Positions 37,433 through 47,278 are shown, numbered from the stretch's first letter. The stretch: DNA of 64,000 nt from Planctomycetota bacterium (GCA_050248855.1 JBFWRP010000002.1:160001-224000); one strand, 5' to 3'. Numbers and translations are program-made. Notes: generated by a model from the letters alone, not told the origin.

Positions 37433-40400
37433 CCAAGGCGCTTCCGCTGCGGCCCCTCGAGGGGGACGGCTGGATCGGACGTCTCGTCCGCAACGGGGTG
37501 ACGCCCAACGTGCTCATGGCCGCCCTGCTCTTCGGCGGCCTCTTCATGGCCACCCGGATCAAGCAGGAGGTGTTCCCCGAGTTCGACCTCGACGCCGTCA
37601 CCGTTCGCGTCGGCTACCCGGGCTCGAGCCCCGAAGAGATCGAGCGCGGCATCCTGCTCTCGATCGAGGAAGCGATCCGCGGTCTGGACGGCATCGACGA
37701 GGTCACGGCCACGGCCTCCGAGGGGTCCGGCACGGTCCGCGCCGAGCTGCTGCGCGGCGCCGATCAGCAACGCGTCTTCCAGGACATCCAGCAGGCCGTC
37801 AACCGCATCCGCACCTTTCCCGAGGATGCCGAGCGCCCCGTCGTGTCCCTGGAGGCCCGGCGGCGCGAGGTGCTCGACATCCAGATCTACGGTCAGGCCG
37901 GCGAGGCCGTCCTGCGCGAGGTCGCCGAGCAGGTGCGCGATCGCCTGCTCCAGGAGGACGGCATCACGCAGGTCGACCTCGCGGGGGTGCGCAAGCCCGA
38001 GATCCACGTCGAGATCCGCGCGGCCCGCCTGCGCGAGCTGGGGCTCACGCTGGACGAGGTGGCCCAGCGCATTCGCGAGAATGCCGTGGAGGTGCCGGGG
38101 GGAAGCCTCGAGACGAGCGGCGGGGAGATGTTGCTCCGCGTGCGCGAGCGCCGTGACTGGGCGCGCGAGTTCGCCGGCCTGCCGGTCGTCACCTCGTCGC
38201 TCGGTGCGGTCCGCACCTTGGGCGACATCGCCGACGTCGCGGACGGTTTCGAGGAGAAGGACCTCTCGTCCACCTTCAACGGCCTGCCGGCCGTCGGGCT
38301 CGAGGTGTTCCGCGTCGGCGACGAGACGCCGCTGGGCATCTCGCGCACCGTGCACGAAGCCATGGACCGCATCGGAGCCGACTTGCCGGCGGGCGTGCAC
38401 TACGCCATCAACCGCGACCGCAGCGAGATCTACGAGCAGCGGCTCGAGCTGCTCATGCGCAACGGGCTCATGGGCTTGGCCCTCGTCCTCGTCGTGCTGG
38501 GCCTGTTCCTGGACCTGCGCCTGGCCTTCTGGGTCACGATGGGCATCCCGACGGCGTTCATGGGCGGCCTGCTCGTGCTGCCCGCGTTCGATGTCACGAT
38601 CAACATGATCTCGCTGTTCGCGTTCATCATCGCGCTGGGCATCGTGGTCGATGACGCGATCGTGGCCGGCGAGAACATCTACGCCTACCGCCAATCGGGG
38701 CTCTCCGGCGAGGACGCCGCCATCCAGGGCGCGAAGGACGTGGCCACGCCGATCGGCGTGAGCATCTTCACCAACATCGTGGCCTTCATGCCGTTGTTGT
38801 TCATGCCCGGCACGCTGGGCAAGACGTGGCTCGTGATCCCCATCGTGGTCACCGCCGTGTTCGTGATGAGCTGGGTCGAGTCGCTGTTCATCCTGCCGTC
38901 GCACCTGGCCCACGCCGCCAAGGGCTACGCCAACCCCGTGCTGCAGGGCATCTCGTGGCTCCAGCAGGGCTTTGCGCGTGGGTTCGCCTGGTTCGTCGAG
39001 CGGATCTACGGTCCGTTCATCGGCGCCGTCGTCCGTGTGCGCTACGTGACGATCGCCGTGATGCTGGCCACGCTCGTCGCCGCCCTGGCCTACGCGCAGA
39101 GCGGTCGCCTGGGCTTCGTGCTGATGCCCAAGGTGGAGTCGGATCGCGCGGTGGCCACGGCGCGCCTGCCATTTGGCAGTCCTGGACACGCCGCCGTCGA
39201 AGTGCGCGACCGGCTCGTGGATGCGGCGCAGCGCGTCGTGGCGGCCCACGGCGGCGAGAAGCTGGCCACGGGCGTCCACGCGGAGGTCGACGAGGACCAG
39301 GTCGAGGTCACGGTCTACCTGACGGCACCCGACGTACGTCCCCTGAGCACGCGCGACTACACGACGGCGTGGCGCGACGCCACCGGCACGGTGCTGGGGG
39401 TGGAGACGCTGCGTTTCGAGTTCGACCGGGGCGGACCCGGCAGCGGTGCAGGCGTCACGGTCGAGATCAGCCACCGCGACATCGACGTCCTGGACCGGGC
39501 GAGCGAGTCGCTGGCCGCATCGCTCTCGGAGTTCGCGGCCACCCGCGATGTGGACGACGGCTACCGCCCGGGCAAGCGACAGCTCGACTTCGTGCTGCGG
39601 CCCGAGGCCCGCACCGCAGGCCTGACGAGCGCCGAGATCGCCCGCCAGGTGCGCGGCGCGTTCCAGGGCGCCGAGGCCCTGCGGCAGCAGCGGGGACGCG
39701 ATGAGATCCGTGTGCTCGTGCGGCTGCCGGCCGAGGAGCGGGCCCAGGAGGCCTCCGTCGAGTCGTTCGTCGTGCGCTTGCCCCAGGGGGGCGAGGCGCC
39801 CCTGCGCGAGATCGCCGATGTGGCCGCGGAGCGGGCCTACACCACGATCGATCGCCGCGACGGCCGGCGCACCGTGACCATCACGGCCGACGTGACGCCG
39901 GCCACCGAGACCCAACGCGTGCTGGAGGACCTGAAGGCCACCACGCTGCCGCAGCTCCAACGGGACTTCCCGGGCTTGGCCTGGTCGTTCCAAGGGCGCC
40001 AGGCCGAGCTCAAGGAGTCGCTCGACAGCCTGAAGGGCAGCTACCTGATCGTGATCCTGATCCTGTTCGTGACGCTGGCCATCACGTTCCGGAGCTACAT
40101 CCAGCCGGTCATCGTCATGATCGCGATCCCCTTCGGCATGGTGGGTGCGATCCTCGGACACGTCTGGATGGGCTACGAGCTGAGCATGATCAGCATCATG
40201 GGCGTCGTGGCGCTCTCGGGCGTGGTCGTCAACGACTCGCTCGTTCTCGTGGACTACGCCAACCGCTCCCGCCAGCCGGGCCAGTCGCCGCGCGACGTGA
40301 TCGTGGCGGCGGGCAAGCGGAGGTTCCGACCAATCCTGTTGACGACCCTCACCACGTTCGGCGGCTTGGCGCCGATGATCTTCGAGACCTCGCGCCAAGC

Positions 40401-40545
40401 CCGCTTCATGATCCCGATGGCCATCTCGCTGGGCTTCGGCATCCTCTTCGCCACGGCGATCACCCTGGTGCTGGTGCCGTCGCTGTACCTGGCCGTCGAA
40501 GACCTACGGCGCTTCGGCCGGCGGCTCGCGCGGTGGGGGGCGTAG
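37429..40545 (+). CDS. RND efflux permease (AcrB/AcrD/AcrF family)
   Basis: 1038 aa; GIVVDDAIV, RFRPILLTTLTT. Confidence 0.93.
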   Translation: MTKALPLRPLEGDGWIGRLVRNGVTPNVLMAALLFGGLFMATRIKQEVFPEFDLDAVTVRVGYPGSSPEEIERGILLSIEEAIRGLDGIDEVTATASEGSGTVRAELLRGADQQRVFQDIQQAVNRIRTFPEDAERPVVSLEARRREVLDIQIYGQAGEAVLREVAEQVRDRLLQEDGITQVDLAGVRKPEIHVEIRAARLRELGLTLDEVAQRIRENAVEVPGGSLETSGGEMLLRVRERRDWAREFAGLPVVTSSLGAVRTLGDIADVADGFEEKDLSSTFNGLPAVGLEVFRVGDETPLGISRTVHEAMDRIGADLPAGVHYAINRDRSEIYEQRLELLMRNGLMGLALVLVVLGLFLDLRLAFWVTMGIPTAFMGGLLVLPAFDVTINMISLFAFIIALGIVVDDAIVAGENIYAYRQSGLSGEDAAIQGAKDVATPIGVSIFTNIVAFMPLLFMPGTLGKTWLVIPIVVTAVFVMSWVESLFILPSHLAHAAKGYANPVLQGISWLQQGFARGFAWFVERIYGPFIGAVVRVRYVTIAVMLATLVAALAYAQSGRLGFVLMPKVESDRAVATARLPFGSPGHAAVEVRDRLVDAAQRVVAAHGGEKLATGVHAEVDEDQVEVTVYLTAPDVRPLSTRDYTTAWRDATGTVLGVETLRFEFDRGGPGSGAGVTVEISHRDIDVLDRASESLAASLSEFAATRDVDDGYRPGKRQLDFVLRPEARTAGLTSAEIARQVRGAFQGAEALRQQRGRDEIRVLVRLPAEERAQEASVESFVVRLPQGGEAPLREIADVAAERAYTTIDRRDGRRTVTITADVTPATETQRVLEDLKATTLPQLQRDFPGLAWSFQGRQAELKESLDSLKGSYLIVILILFVTLAITFRSYIQPVIVMIAIPFGMVGAILGHVWMGYELSMISIMGVVALSGVVVNDSLVLVDYANRSRQPGQSPRDVIVAAGKRRFRPILLTTLTTFGGLAPMIFETSRQARFMIPMAISLGFGILFATAITLVLVPSLYLAVEDLRRFGRRLARWGA

Positions 40546-40554
40546 GAGGACGGC

Positions 40555-40974
40555 TCACTCGCGTGGCAGCTTGTGCGTCCCGTCGCAGAAGGGGTGGTTG
40601 GCGGAGCGGGCGCAGCCGCAGAAGGTGACCCTTTCGGTCTCGCGAAGCAGGGAGCCGTCGGGTGCGAAGATGCGCACGGGCCCGCGAACGCGGATGGGCC
40701 CGTGCTCGGTCGTCTCGATGCGCACGCCTTCGGCAGCCGGCGCCGCGGGAGCCGCGGTCGCGGCGACCTTCTCCGCGATCGCCAGCGCGCCGCTCGGGCA
40801 GCAGGCCACGACCTGGCGCACGGCGTCCGCGTCCGCGCCGTCGGGCAGGATCCAGGGCTTGCGCTGCGTGTCGAACACCTGGGGCAGGCGGCGCACGCAC
40901 TCTCCCGCATGGATGCAGACGTCCAGATCGAAGGTCACATCCAGCGCCGTGCCGCGATACGTCTTGCGCGTCAT
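40555..40974 (-). CDS. Divergent 4Fe-4S domain plus CDGSH iron-sulfur domain protein
   Basis: CIHAGECVRRLPQVF...CPSGAL and CGCARSANHPFCDGTH. Confidence 0.88.
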   Translation of the reverse strand: MTRKTYRGTALDVTFDLDVCIHAGECVRRLPQVFDTQRKPWILPDGADADAVRQVVACCPSGALAIAEKVAATAAPAAPAAEGVRIETTEHGPIRVRGPVRIFAPDGSLLRETERVTFCGCARSANHPFCDGTHKLPRE

Positions 40975-41015
40975 GGTGCCTCCTCGGGCCCTCGTATCTT
41001 TCGGGCTTGCGTGGC

Positions 41016-41570
41016 CTACTTGGCTTGCAGCTGGCGCAACCGGGCGGCCAGGTCCCGACCGTGCGACGTGACACCCACTTCGCGGTCGATCGCGCGCAAC
41101 ACGCCCTCGGGGTCCGTGATGAACGTGACGCGCTGGGTGTACGCCGCACCCGCGGGCAGCACCTGGTACTTCCGCGCCACGCCGCCGTCGGGATCGCTCA
41201 GCAGGGGGAACGTGAGGCTCTGGGCCTCCTTGAACGCCCGTTGATCGACGACGTCGTCGATGCTGATCCCGTACACGCGCGCGTCCAGGCCCTCCAGGTC
41301 GGCCAGGGCATCGCGCAGGGAGCACATCTCCTTCGTGCAGCCCGACGTGCTCGCCTTCGGATAGAAGGCCAGCACCACCCACGCCTTGCCCTTCGCGTCG
41401 GCCAGCGACACCGCACGACCGGCGTCGTCGTTGAGGCGCCACGCCGGCGCCGTATCGCCCACGGCCAACGGCTTGCGCTCGCCATCGCCTCCGGCGTCGG
41501 CGCCTTGCATGCCCAGGACGAACGCGCCCACGATGAAGGCACAGGTCAGCAGGAGGAAGGTGGTCGGCAT
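41016..41570 (-). CDS. bcp: Bcp/PrxQ-type peroxiredoxin with signal peptide
   Basis: FYPKASTSGCTKEMC, FPLLSDPD, RVTFI; hydrophobic N-terminus. Confidence 0.85.
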   Translation of the reverse strand: MPTTFLLLTCAFIVGAFVLGMQGADAGGDGERKPLAVGDTAPAWRLNDDAGRAVSLADAKGKAWVVLAFYPKASTSGCTKEMCSLRDALADLEGLDARVYGISIDDVVDQRAFKEAQSLTFPLLSDPDGGVARKYQVLPAGAAYTQRVTFITDPEGVLRAIDREVGVTSHGRDLAARLRQLQAK

Positions 41571-41607
41571 GGCGGCTCCGTGTGGTGGGTGGGGTCTCGG
41601 ACAGTGG

Positions 41608-42183
41608 CTAGTCTCGGCGAAGGCGGGTGGTGACGTCCACGAACGAAGCCAGCATCGACCGGAGGCGTTCGCGGCGGTCCGGGTCGGCCAGGGCTCCGAC
41701 GTCGTCGAACGCGGTCTTGGCGCCACCGATGGCCAGCTGGTCGGGGACCACATGGACCCCGATGCCCGACAGGATCGCGCGGACGTGGACGAGGCCGCGC
41801 AGGCCCCCCAGCGCGCCGGGCGAGGTGGACAGCAGCAAGGCCGTCCGTCCGCGGAAGGCGGCCAGGGGCGCCTCGTCGCCTTCGCGCCGGCTCGCCCAGT
41901 CGATGGCGTTCTTCAACAGCGGCGTGATCGAGCCGTTGTACTCGGGACAGGCGAGCACCCAGCCGTCGTGTTCCTGCAGCGCGCGCTTGAGGGCCCGCGC
42001 CGGTTCGGGCAGGCCCTCGGCGGCTTCGAAGTCGCCGTCGTAGAGCGGCATCACCAGATGCGCCGGGTCTAGGTACGTCGTGTCCACACCGGCCGCGCGC
42101 AGGCGATCGCGTACGTGGCGGGCCAGCTTGGCGTTGTACGACGCGCGGCGAGCGCTCCCGCTCGTGACGAGGATGCGGACCAT
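41608..42183 (-). CDS. NADPH-dependent FMN reductase
   Basis: SGSARRASYN, PEYNGSITPLLKNAIDWASR, SPGALGGLR. Confidence 0.93.
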   Translation of the reverse strand: MVRILVTSGSARRASYNAKLARHVRDRLRAAGVDTTYLDPAHLVMPLYDGDFEAAEGLPEPARALKRALQEHDGWVLACPEYNGSITPLLKNAIDWASRREGDEAPLAAFRGRTALLLSTSPGALGGLRGLVHVRAILSGIGVHVVPDQLAIGGAKTAFDDVGALADPDRRERLRSMLASFVDVTTRLRRD

Positions 42184-42214
42184 CGGGCTCCTTCGGCATG
42201 CGCGCGACTTGGCT

Positions 42215-43477
42215 TCACGCCGAGTCGATCGTGCCGCTCCAGCCTACGTAGGTTCCGAGCGGGTTGGCGACGTGGACGATGCGGCCGTCCGGGCTGGCCA
42301 TGGCCGAGATCTCGCCGTCCTGCGAGATGACGATGGCCACCGTGCCGGGCTGGCGCGCGCACAGCGTGGCCGCCGACTGGTGCCGCGTGCCGCGCGAGGC
42401 CAGGTCCCACGTGGCGGCGCGCTCCACGAGCTCGGGGGCCGCGTCCAGCGGTGCATCCACGGCGCGGCACGGAGGCAAGTGCACGCCGTGGATCTTGCCG
42501 CCGAAGCCCCGGCAGAGCAGGCGCGCATCGAAGACGAGGCAGCCGTCGACCGAGCCCATGCGCGCGAGGGACAACGCGTCGTGCAGGTCCTTGCGCGCGA
42601 CCGTGGGCTCGGGAACGCTGCGCCCCTGCGCCTCGGAGAGCCGCCGGGTGAGCCGTCGCGCCAGCTCCGGGCCCCGCGTCTCGTAGCCCAGGCGCACGAG
42701 CGGCGGCACCTCGCTCGCGTCGCGCGGCAGGATCACCACGCACCCGCCGCGACCCGCATCGCGAATGCCGGCGATCACGGCGCCGAGCGCCACACCGAGC
42801 ACGCTCTGGTACTCCTCGTCCAGCATGGCCTGCTCGAGCACGTCCACGCCCAGGCCGAGCTCGCGTGCACGCAGCTCGAGGGCGGTGCGACACACCTCGC
42901 GGAACAAGGCTGCGTGGCTCACGTCGTGCACGCGGCGGACGACGTCGCCGCGCCACTCGATGATGGGGTGCGACGGCCCCGACAGGGTGAGCCGGCCCGG
43001 TCCCTGGACGGCCAGGTAGAGGCCGACCGAGGGTCGGAACGACTGGACACGAAGGCGCTCCACGATGCCCGTGCCGATGCAGATCAGCTCGCCACCGCGC
43101 TGCGCCACGAACAGCGCATGGGGCCGCTGGGGCACGACCCGGGCGAGGCGGCGCACGCGCTCGGGCGTGAGCGTGAGCGGCTCGGCGAAGCGGATGGACA
43201 GCGTGCCCGAGCGGTCGTGCACGGCACGCGGGTCCGGGACGTAGAGCAGGGGCGTGGGGAAGCGGCCTTCCTCGGGCTCGAGGCTCGCGGTGAAGGCAAC
43301 CTCGACCAGGTCCTGGAGCGCGGCGCGGTCCAGCGGCAGCGTGGCCCCGTTCGTCTCGGTGACGAACCGGGCCACGAAGGGGCCACCATGGATGGGCTTG
43401 CGATCGCCACGCACGCGCGCGCATCGTACCCCCCCTGGTCCAGCCGACCCGCCGAGCTCGTGGTGCGGTTCGGACAC
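42215..43477 (-). CDS. Diadenylate-cyclase (DisA_N/DAC)-like domain with N-terminal DACNV-like sensor region
   Basis: VDGCLV and RGTRHQSA (variants of DGA and RHR), VISQDG; N-terminal AFTASLEPEEGR. Start uncertain. Confidence 0.72.
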   Translation of the reverse strand: MSEPHHELGGSAGPGGVRCARVRGDRKPIHGGPFVARFVTETNGATLPLDRAALQDLVEVAFTASLEPEEGRFPTPLLYVPDPRAVHDRSGTLSIRFAEPLTLTPERVRRLARVVPQRPHALFVAQRGGELICIGTGIVERLRVQSFRPSVGLYLAVQGPGRLTLSGPSHPIIEWRGDVVRRVHDVSHAALFREVCRTALELRARELGLGVDVLEQAMLDEEYQSVLGVALGAVIAGIRDAGRGGCVVILPRDASEVPPLVRLGYETRGPELARRLTRRLSEAQGRSVPEPTVARKDLHDALSLARMGSVDGCLVFDARLLCRGFGGKIHGVHLPPCRAVDAPLDAAPELVERAATWDLASRGTRHQSAATLCARQPGTVAIVISQDGEISAMASPDGRIVHVANPLGTYVGWSGTIDSA

Positions 43478-43581
43478 GCATCCCCCGCGCTCCTCGTTTC
43501 CGTACGCCTCGCTGGGGGTGAACGCTTCCTGCTTCGCTTGGGGGAGGAGGGTGCGAGGGGCATGCTGGCCCTGCTGCTCGC

Positions 43582-44346
43582 ATGGATGCCCCGACCGCCC
43601 CCCTCGAGTGCCTGCCCGGGAGGCCCTGCGACGTCACGGTGCTCACGTGGAACATGCACAAGGGGCGCGACGCCAAGCGCCGGCCGGTGGAGCTCGGGCG
43701 GCTCGCCGAGGCCCTGGCGGGGGTCGAGGCCGACGTGCTCCTGCTCCAGGAGGTGTTCCATGCGTGGACGGGCGTGTCCCAGTCGGCCGAGCTCGCGCGG
43801 CGGCTGGACATGCATGCCGCCTACGTCCCGAACGCGCGCTACGCCCGGGGCCACCATGGCAACGCCACCTTGGCCCGCAACGCGTTGCCACTGGTGCGTC
43901 ACCGCGACATCTCGACCAACGCCTACGAACACCGCGGGCTCCTGCACGTGCATCTCGAGCTGCCTGGACGACCCCACGTCCACGTGATGAACACGCATCT
44001 GGGGCTCAATGCCGTGCAGCGCCGTCGTCAGGTCCACGGCATCGCGCGCTTCGTGGCCGACCACGTGCCCGCCGGCGAGCCCTGGCTGCTCGGCGGCGAC
44101 TTCAACGACTGGACCATGCGGCTGGACGCCCACGTCTGTCGGCGTCTCGATGCGCAGAACCTGCTGGCCGGACATGGCTGGCGCGCGCGCTGCACGTATC
44201 CGGTACGGCGACCGTGGCTGCCGCTGGACCGCCTCTACGCCCACCGGCTCGCCGTCCAGGAAGCGCGCGTGCTGCGCGGCGAGCCGTGGACGGCCCTCAG
44301 CGACCATCTGCCCCTCATGGCGCGCCTGACGTGGCCGGCGGGGTAA
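43582..44346 (+). CDS. Endonuclease/exonuclease/phosphatase (EEP) family protein
   Basis: TWNMHKG, LLQEV, GNATL, NTHLGL, GGDFND, LDR, SDHLPL. Confidence 0.92.
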   Translation: MDAPTAPLECLPGRPCDVTVLTWNMHKGRDAKRRPVELGRLAEALAGVEADVLLLQEVFHAWTGVSQSAELARRLDMHAAYVPNARYARGHHGNATLARNALPLVRHRDISTNAYEHRGLLHVHLELPGRPHVHVMNTHLGLNAVQRRRQVHGIARFVADHVPAGEPWLLGGDFNDWTMRLDAHVCRRLDAQNLLAGHGWRARCTYPVRRPWLPLDRLYAHRLAVQEARVLRGEPWTALSDHLPLMARLTWPAG

Positions 44347-44440
44347 GCGTTCAGCCCCTGGCGTGCGGACGGGCGGCTCGCCAGATGCTCGGTCCCGCAC
44401 CCGCATCGGCTCCTCGTGCAGCCGACGCGACTGAACCTCG

Positions 44441-44525
44441 TTCCGCGCTACCGCGCGGATTCGGTGCTCCGGCTTCGCCTGCGCAGCAGGGGGGCTATTC
44501 CGTACCCCCCCTGCACCCCTCACGG
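44441..44525. repeat. Dispersed 85-bp structured element, copy 2
   Basis: Matches 28719-28803; hairpins TCCGCGC..GCGCGGA and GCAGGGGGG-loop-CCCCCCTGC. Confidence 0.8.
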
Positions 44526-44656
44526 GGCCCTGGCGACCCGATGTGTGGCGGTCGCGCTCCGCTCCGCGCGGCGTCTGCGCACCCCTGACGGATGGTTCTC
44601 GGGGTAGCTGAATGGGTACCCGACGTGAAACCCGTCCCGCTGCGTAGAGTGCCCCG

Positions 44657-45031
44657 ATGCCCGCCGCCTCCGCCACTTCCACCGCTTCCCGTCGCGTCCC
44701 GGTGCTGATCGCCGCGCTGCTCTTGGGGCTCATGGCCTTCGTGCTCGTGCAGATGCTGGCCCACACGGGGCCGGACGAAGGCCCGACGCCCGCGCGCCGC
44801 GTGGACGAGCACCTCGCGCGGCTCGCCCGCGAGGAGCCGCGCCTGTTCGGCGGCCTCGTGAGGCGCGACGACGACCTGACCGTGGCCGCGCGCATCGACC
44901 CGGCCCGGTGGACCGACGCCCAGCGCGCCCTCCAGCGCGAGCGCGCCGCCCGGGTGCTTGCCACGGCGCCCCCGGACTTGGTGGACGCCCTCGTGGCGCT
45001 CACGCGCCGCGCGACGGAAGCCGGCAAGTAG
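44657..45031 (+). CDS. Hypothetical membrane-anchored protein
   Basis: N-terminal TM, coding-like composition, tightly upstream of the next gene. Confidence 0.55.
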   Translation: MPAASATSTASRRVPVLIAALLLGLMAFVLVQMLAHTGPDEGPTPARRVDEHLARLAREEPRLFGGLVRRDDDLTVAARIDPARWTDAQRALQRERAARVLATAPPDLVDALVALTRRATEAGK

Positions 45032-45076
45032 GGGCGTACCATGGCGCACTGCCTCGTCCCCCTCCCGGAGGTCTCC

Positions 45077-45898
45077 ATGCCCACGTCCCTCGTTCGCGTC
45101 GCCCTGCTCGTGGTCGGTGCGCTGTTGTTCGTCCAGCCCGCCGCCCATGGCGAGGACCCCGTGGCGCTCGACGACCACGGCGAGCTCGTCTCGTACCGAC
45201 ACGGCGATGTCGAGCTGCAGGGCTGGCTCCAGCGCCCGGATGACGCCGACGCGGGCGCACGCCTGCCGGCAGTCCTCGTGGTGCATGCGTGGCGCGGCCA
45301 CGGCGGGTTCGTGCGCAAGGTGGCGCAGCGGCTGGCTCGCGATGGCTACGTCGCGTTCGCGCTCGACATGTATGGCAAGGACGTGTACGCCAAGGACAAC
45401 GAGGAAGCCGCCAAGCTCGCGAGCCCGTTCTACGCCGATCCCGCCCTCATGCGCGCTCGCGCCCGCGCGGGGCTGGAGATCCTGCGCAACCGCCCCGAGG
45501 TCGATCCGGGCCGCGTCGCGGCGGTGGGTTTCTGCTTCGGCGGGACCACCGTGCTCGAGATGGCGCGCGACGGCGCGCCGCTCGCCGGCGTCGTCAGCTT
45601 CCACGGCGGCCTCGAGACGAAGGCCCGTGCCGAGGCCGGCGCCGTCAAGGCCCGCGTGCTCGTCTGCCACGGCGGCGACGATCCGTGGGTGCCCGCCGAC
45701 CAGGTGATGGCGCTCTGGAAGGAGCTGCGCGCGGCCAAGGTCGACTACCAGATCCTGGTCCTCTCCGGCGCCGTGCACGCCTTCACCGACCCCGAGGCGG
45801 GCGACGACCCGTCGAAGGGAGCCGCCTACGATGCGGTCGCGGCGCACCGCGCGTGGGACGCGGCCGACCGCTTCCTCGCCGAGTCGCTCGAAGGCTGA
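45077..45898 (+). CDS. Dienelactone hydrolase family protein (exported)
   Basis: GGAGG RBS before ATG 45077; GFCFGG, SFHGGL, HGGDD, AVHAFT. Confidence 0.92.
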   Translation: MPTSLVRVALLVVGALLFVQPAAHGEDPVALDDHGELVSYRHGDVELQGWLQRPDDADAGARLPAVLVVHAWRGHGGFVRKVAQRLARDGYVAFALDMYGKDVYAKDNEEAAKLASPFYADPALMRARARAGLEILRNRPEVDPGRVAAVGFCFGGTTVLEMARDGAPLAGVVSFHGGLETKARAEAGAVKARVLVCHGGDDPWVPADQVMALWKELRAAKVDYQILVLSGAVHAFTDPEAGDDPSKGAAYDAVAAHRAWDAADRFLAESLEG

Positions 45899-45920
45899 GT
45901 CGGGCCCCGGCGCATCTTCG

Positions 45921-46193
45921 CCGTGGACCCGCTGACCCCTGGACTTGCTGACACCGTGGACAACCGTTCACCTTCCCCGACAACCCGCCAGGGATGGGCG
46001 CCTGTTCTCCACTCGAAGAGGAGCACCTTCGCCACGCATCGGGTCGTCAGGGCGAAGGCGCCAGCAAGCCATCCGCGACGACTCGTGGTCTGTTCACTCG
46101 AGGAGCGGATGGCGCCGCTGCCGCCGAGCATCTGGCGGGCCGTCCAGACGCACCCGAGAAGATAGGCGACCCCAACCGTGGACCCGCTGACCC
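45921..46193 (+). repeat. 18-bp direct repeat duplicating the start of the downstream gene
   Basis: CCGTGGACCCGCTGACCC at 45921-45938 and 46176-46193. Confidence 0.8.
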
Positions 46194-47278
46194 AAGGGTT
46201 GCTGGGCGCCGTGGCGGCGCAGGCGGTGCTGGCTGGCGACCGCTCGCTGCCGCGTGTGGAGCGGCGCACACCCGTCACCGTGGCCGGGTTGGCCGGTGGG
46301 CTGCTGCCCGATGCCGACGTGGCGTTGCAGCGGTTCGCCGATCCCGCGCTGCCGTGGGAGCTGCACCGCCACTTCACGCACGCGCTCGTCATGGCGCCGG
46401 TGATGGGCGCGCTGGCCGCCGCGTTGCTCCTCCTGCTACGTCCGCGCTGGCGCTCGCGCCCCAGGCTCGTCCTCGGTGCCGCCGTACTCGGTGCGCTCAC
46501 ACACGCCCCACTGGACCTGTGCACGTCCTACGGCACGAAGATCCTGTGGCCCTTCTCGCTGGCGAACCTCACGTTGGACCTGTTCCCCATCGTGGACCCG
46601 CTCTTCACGCTCGTCCTGCTGGTGGGCACCGTCGTGGCGTGGCGGCGCGGGCGTCGCTCGCTCCGGCCCGTCGGCACGTTCCTGCTGCTTTACGTGGTCT
46701 TCGCGCTCGTCCAGCAGCACGGCGCACGGGAGGCCCAGGCGGCCCTGGCCCACGCACGCGGCGAGGCGCCGACCCGCTCGCGTGTGATGCCCCTGCCGGG
46801 CAGTCTCCTGCTCTGGCGCTCGGTGATGGAGGTCGATGACACGATCGTGGCGGACGTCGTCCGTCCCGTACCGCTCGGCGACACGCGCGGCGTGGCGGGG
46901 GGACGTCGCGCGCGCTTGGACCTCGACGTATGGGCCGCCGAGGGACGCGCGCGGGACCGTGACCGCTTGTTGGACGTCGGTCGGCGGTTTTCGACCTTCG
47001 CCGACGGCTACGTGACGGCGGGGACGACGCCTGCCGTGCTGGTCGATGCGCGATTTGCGCTCGGCGCCGGCTTCGAGGCGCTCTGGGGTGTCGAGGCGCA
47101 CCGCGACGAAGGTCCCGCCGTCACATGGTGGATGGAGGGCGCGGCCTGGGACGCAGAGCGCGCGGGAACCCTGCTCGCGTGGATCGCCGGTCGCCACGCG
47201 GACCTGCGATCGCTGGAGGCTGTCGCCGCGGTGGGCACACCGTCGCCGTCGCAGGGCAACGCCCCGGCCTCCCGGTAG
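46178..47278 (+). CDS. Membrane-bound metal-dependent hydrolase (YdjM-like)
   Basis: MDPLTQGLLG, LPDADV, HRHFTHAL, THAPLD, IVDP. Confidence 0.88.
   Translation: MDPLTQGLLGAVAAQAVLAGDRSLPRVERRTPVTVAGLAGGLLPDADVALQRFADPALPWELHRHFTHALVMAPVMGALAAALLLLLRPRWRSRPRLVLGAAVLGALTHAPLDLCTSYGTKILWPFSLANLTLDLFPIVDPLFTLVLLVGTVVAWRRGRRSLRPVGTFLLLYVVFALVQQHGAREAQAALAHARGEAPTRSRVMPLPGSLLLWRSVMEVDDTIVADVVRPVPLGDTRGVAGGRRARLDLDVWAAEGRARDRDRLLDVGRRFSTFADGYVTAGTTPAVLVDARFALGAGFEALWGVEAHRDEGPAVTWWMEGAAWDAERAGTLLAWIAGRHADLRSLEAVAAVGTPSPSQGNAPASR

Noticed and set aside
36907..40398. Long antisense ORFs here and at 48402-51638, 31232-34885, 59182-61986 and 8844-11327
   Set aside because: Shadow frames expected at this GC content, lying opposite well-supported genes and lacking recognisable motifs.
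41016..41570. Selenocysteine in the peroxiredoxin
   Set aside because: The peroxidatic residue is an ordinary TGC codon and the frame is uninterrupted.
45923..46165. 80-aa ORF as a real gene
   Set aside because: Only the first five codons mirror the hydrolase; the rest lacks coding-like composition and there is no clear RBS.
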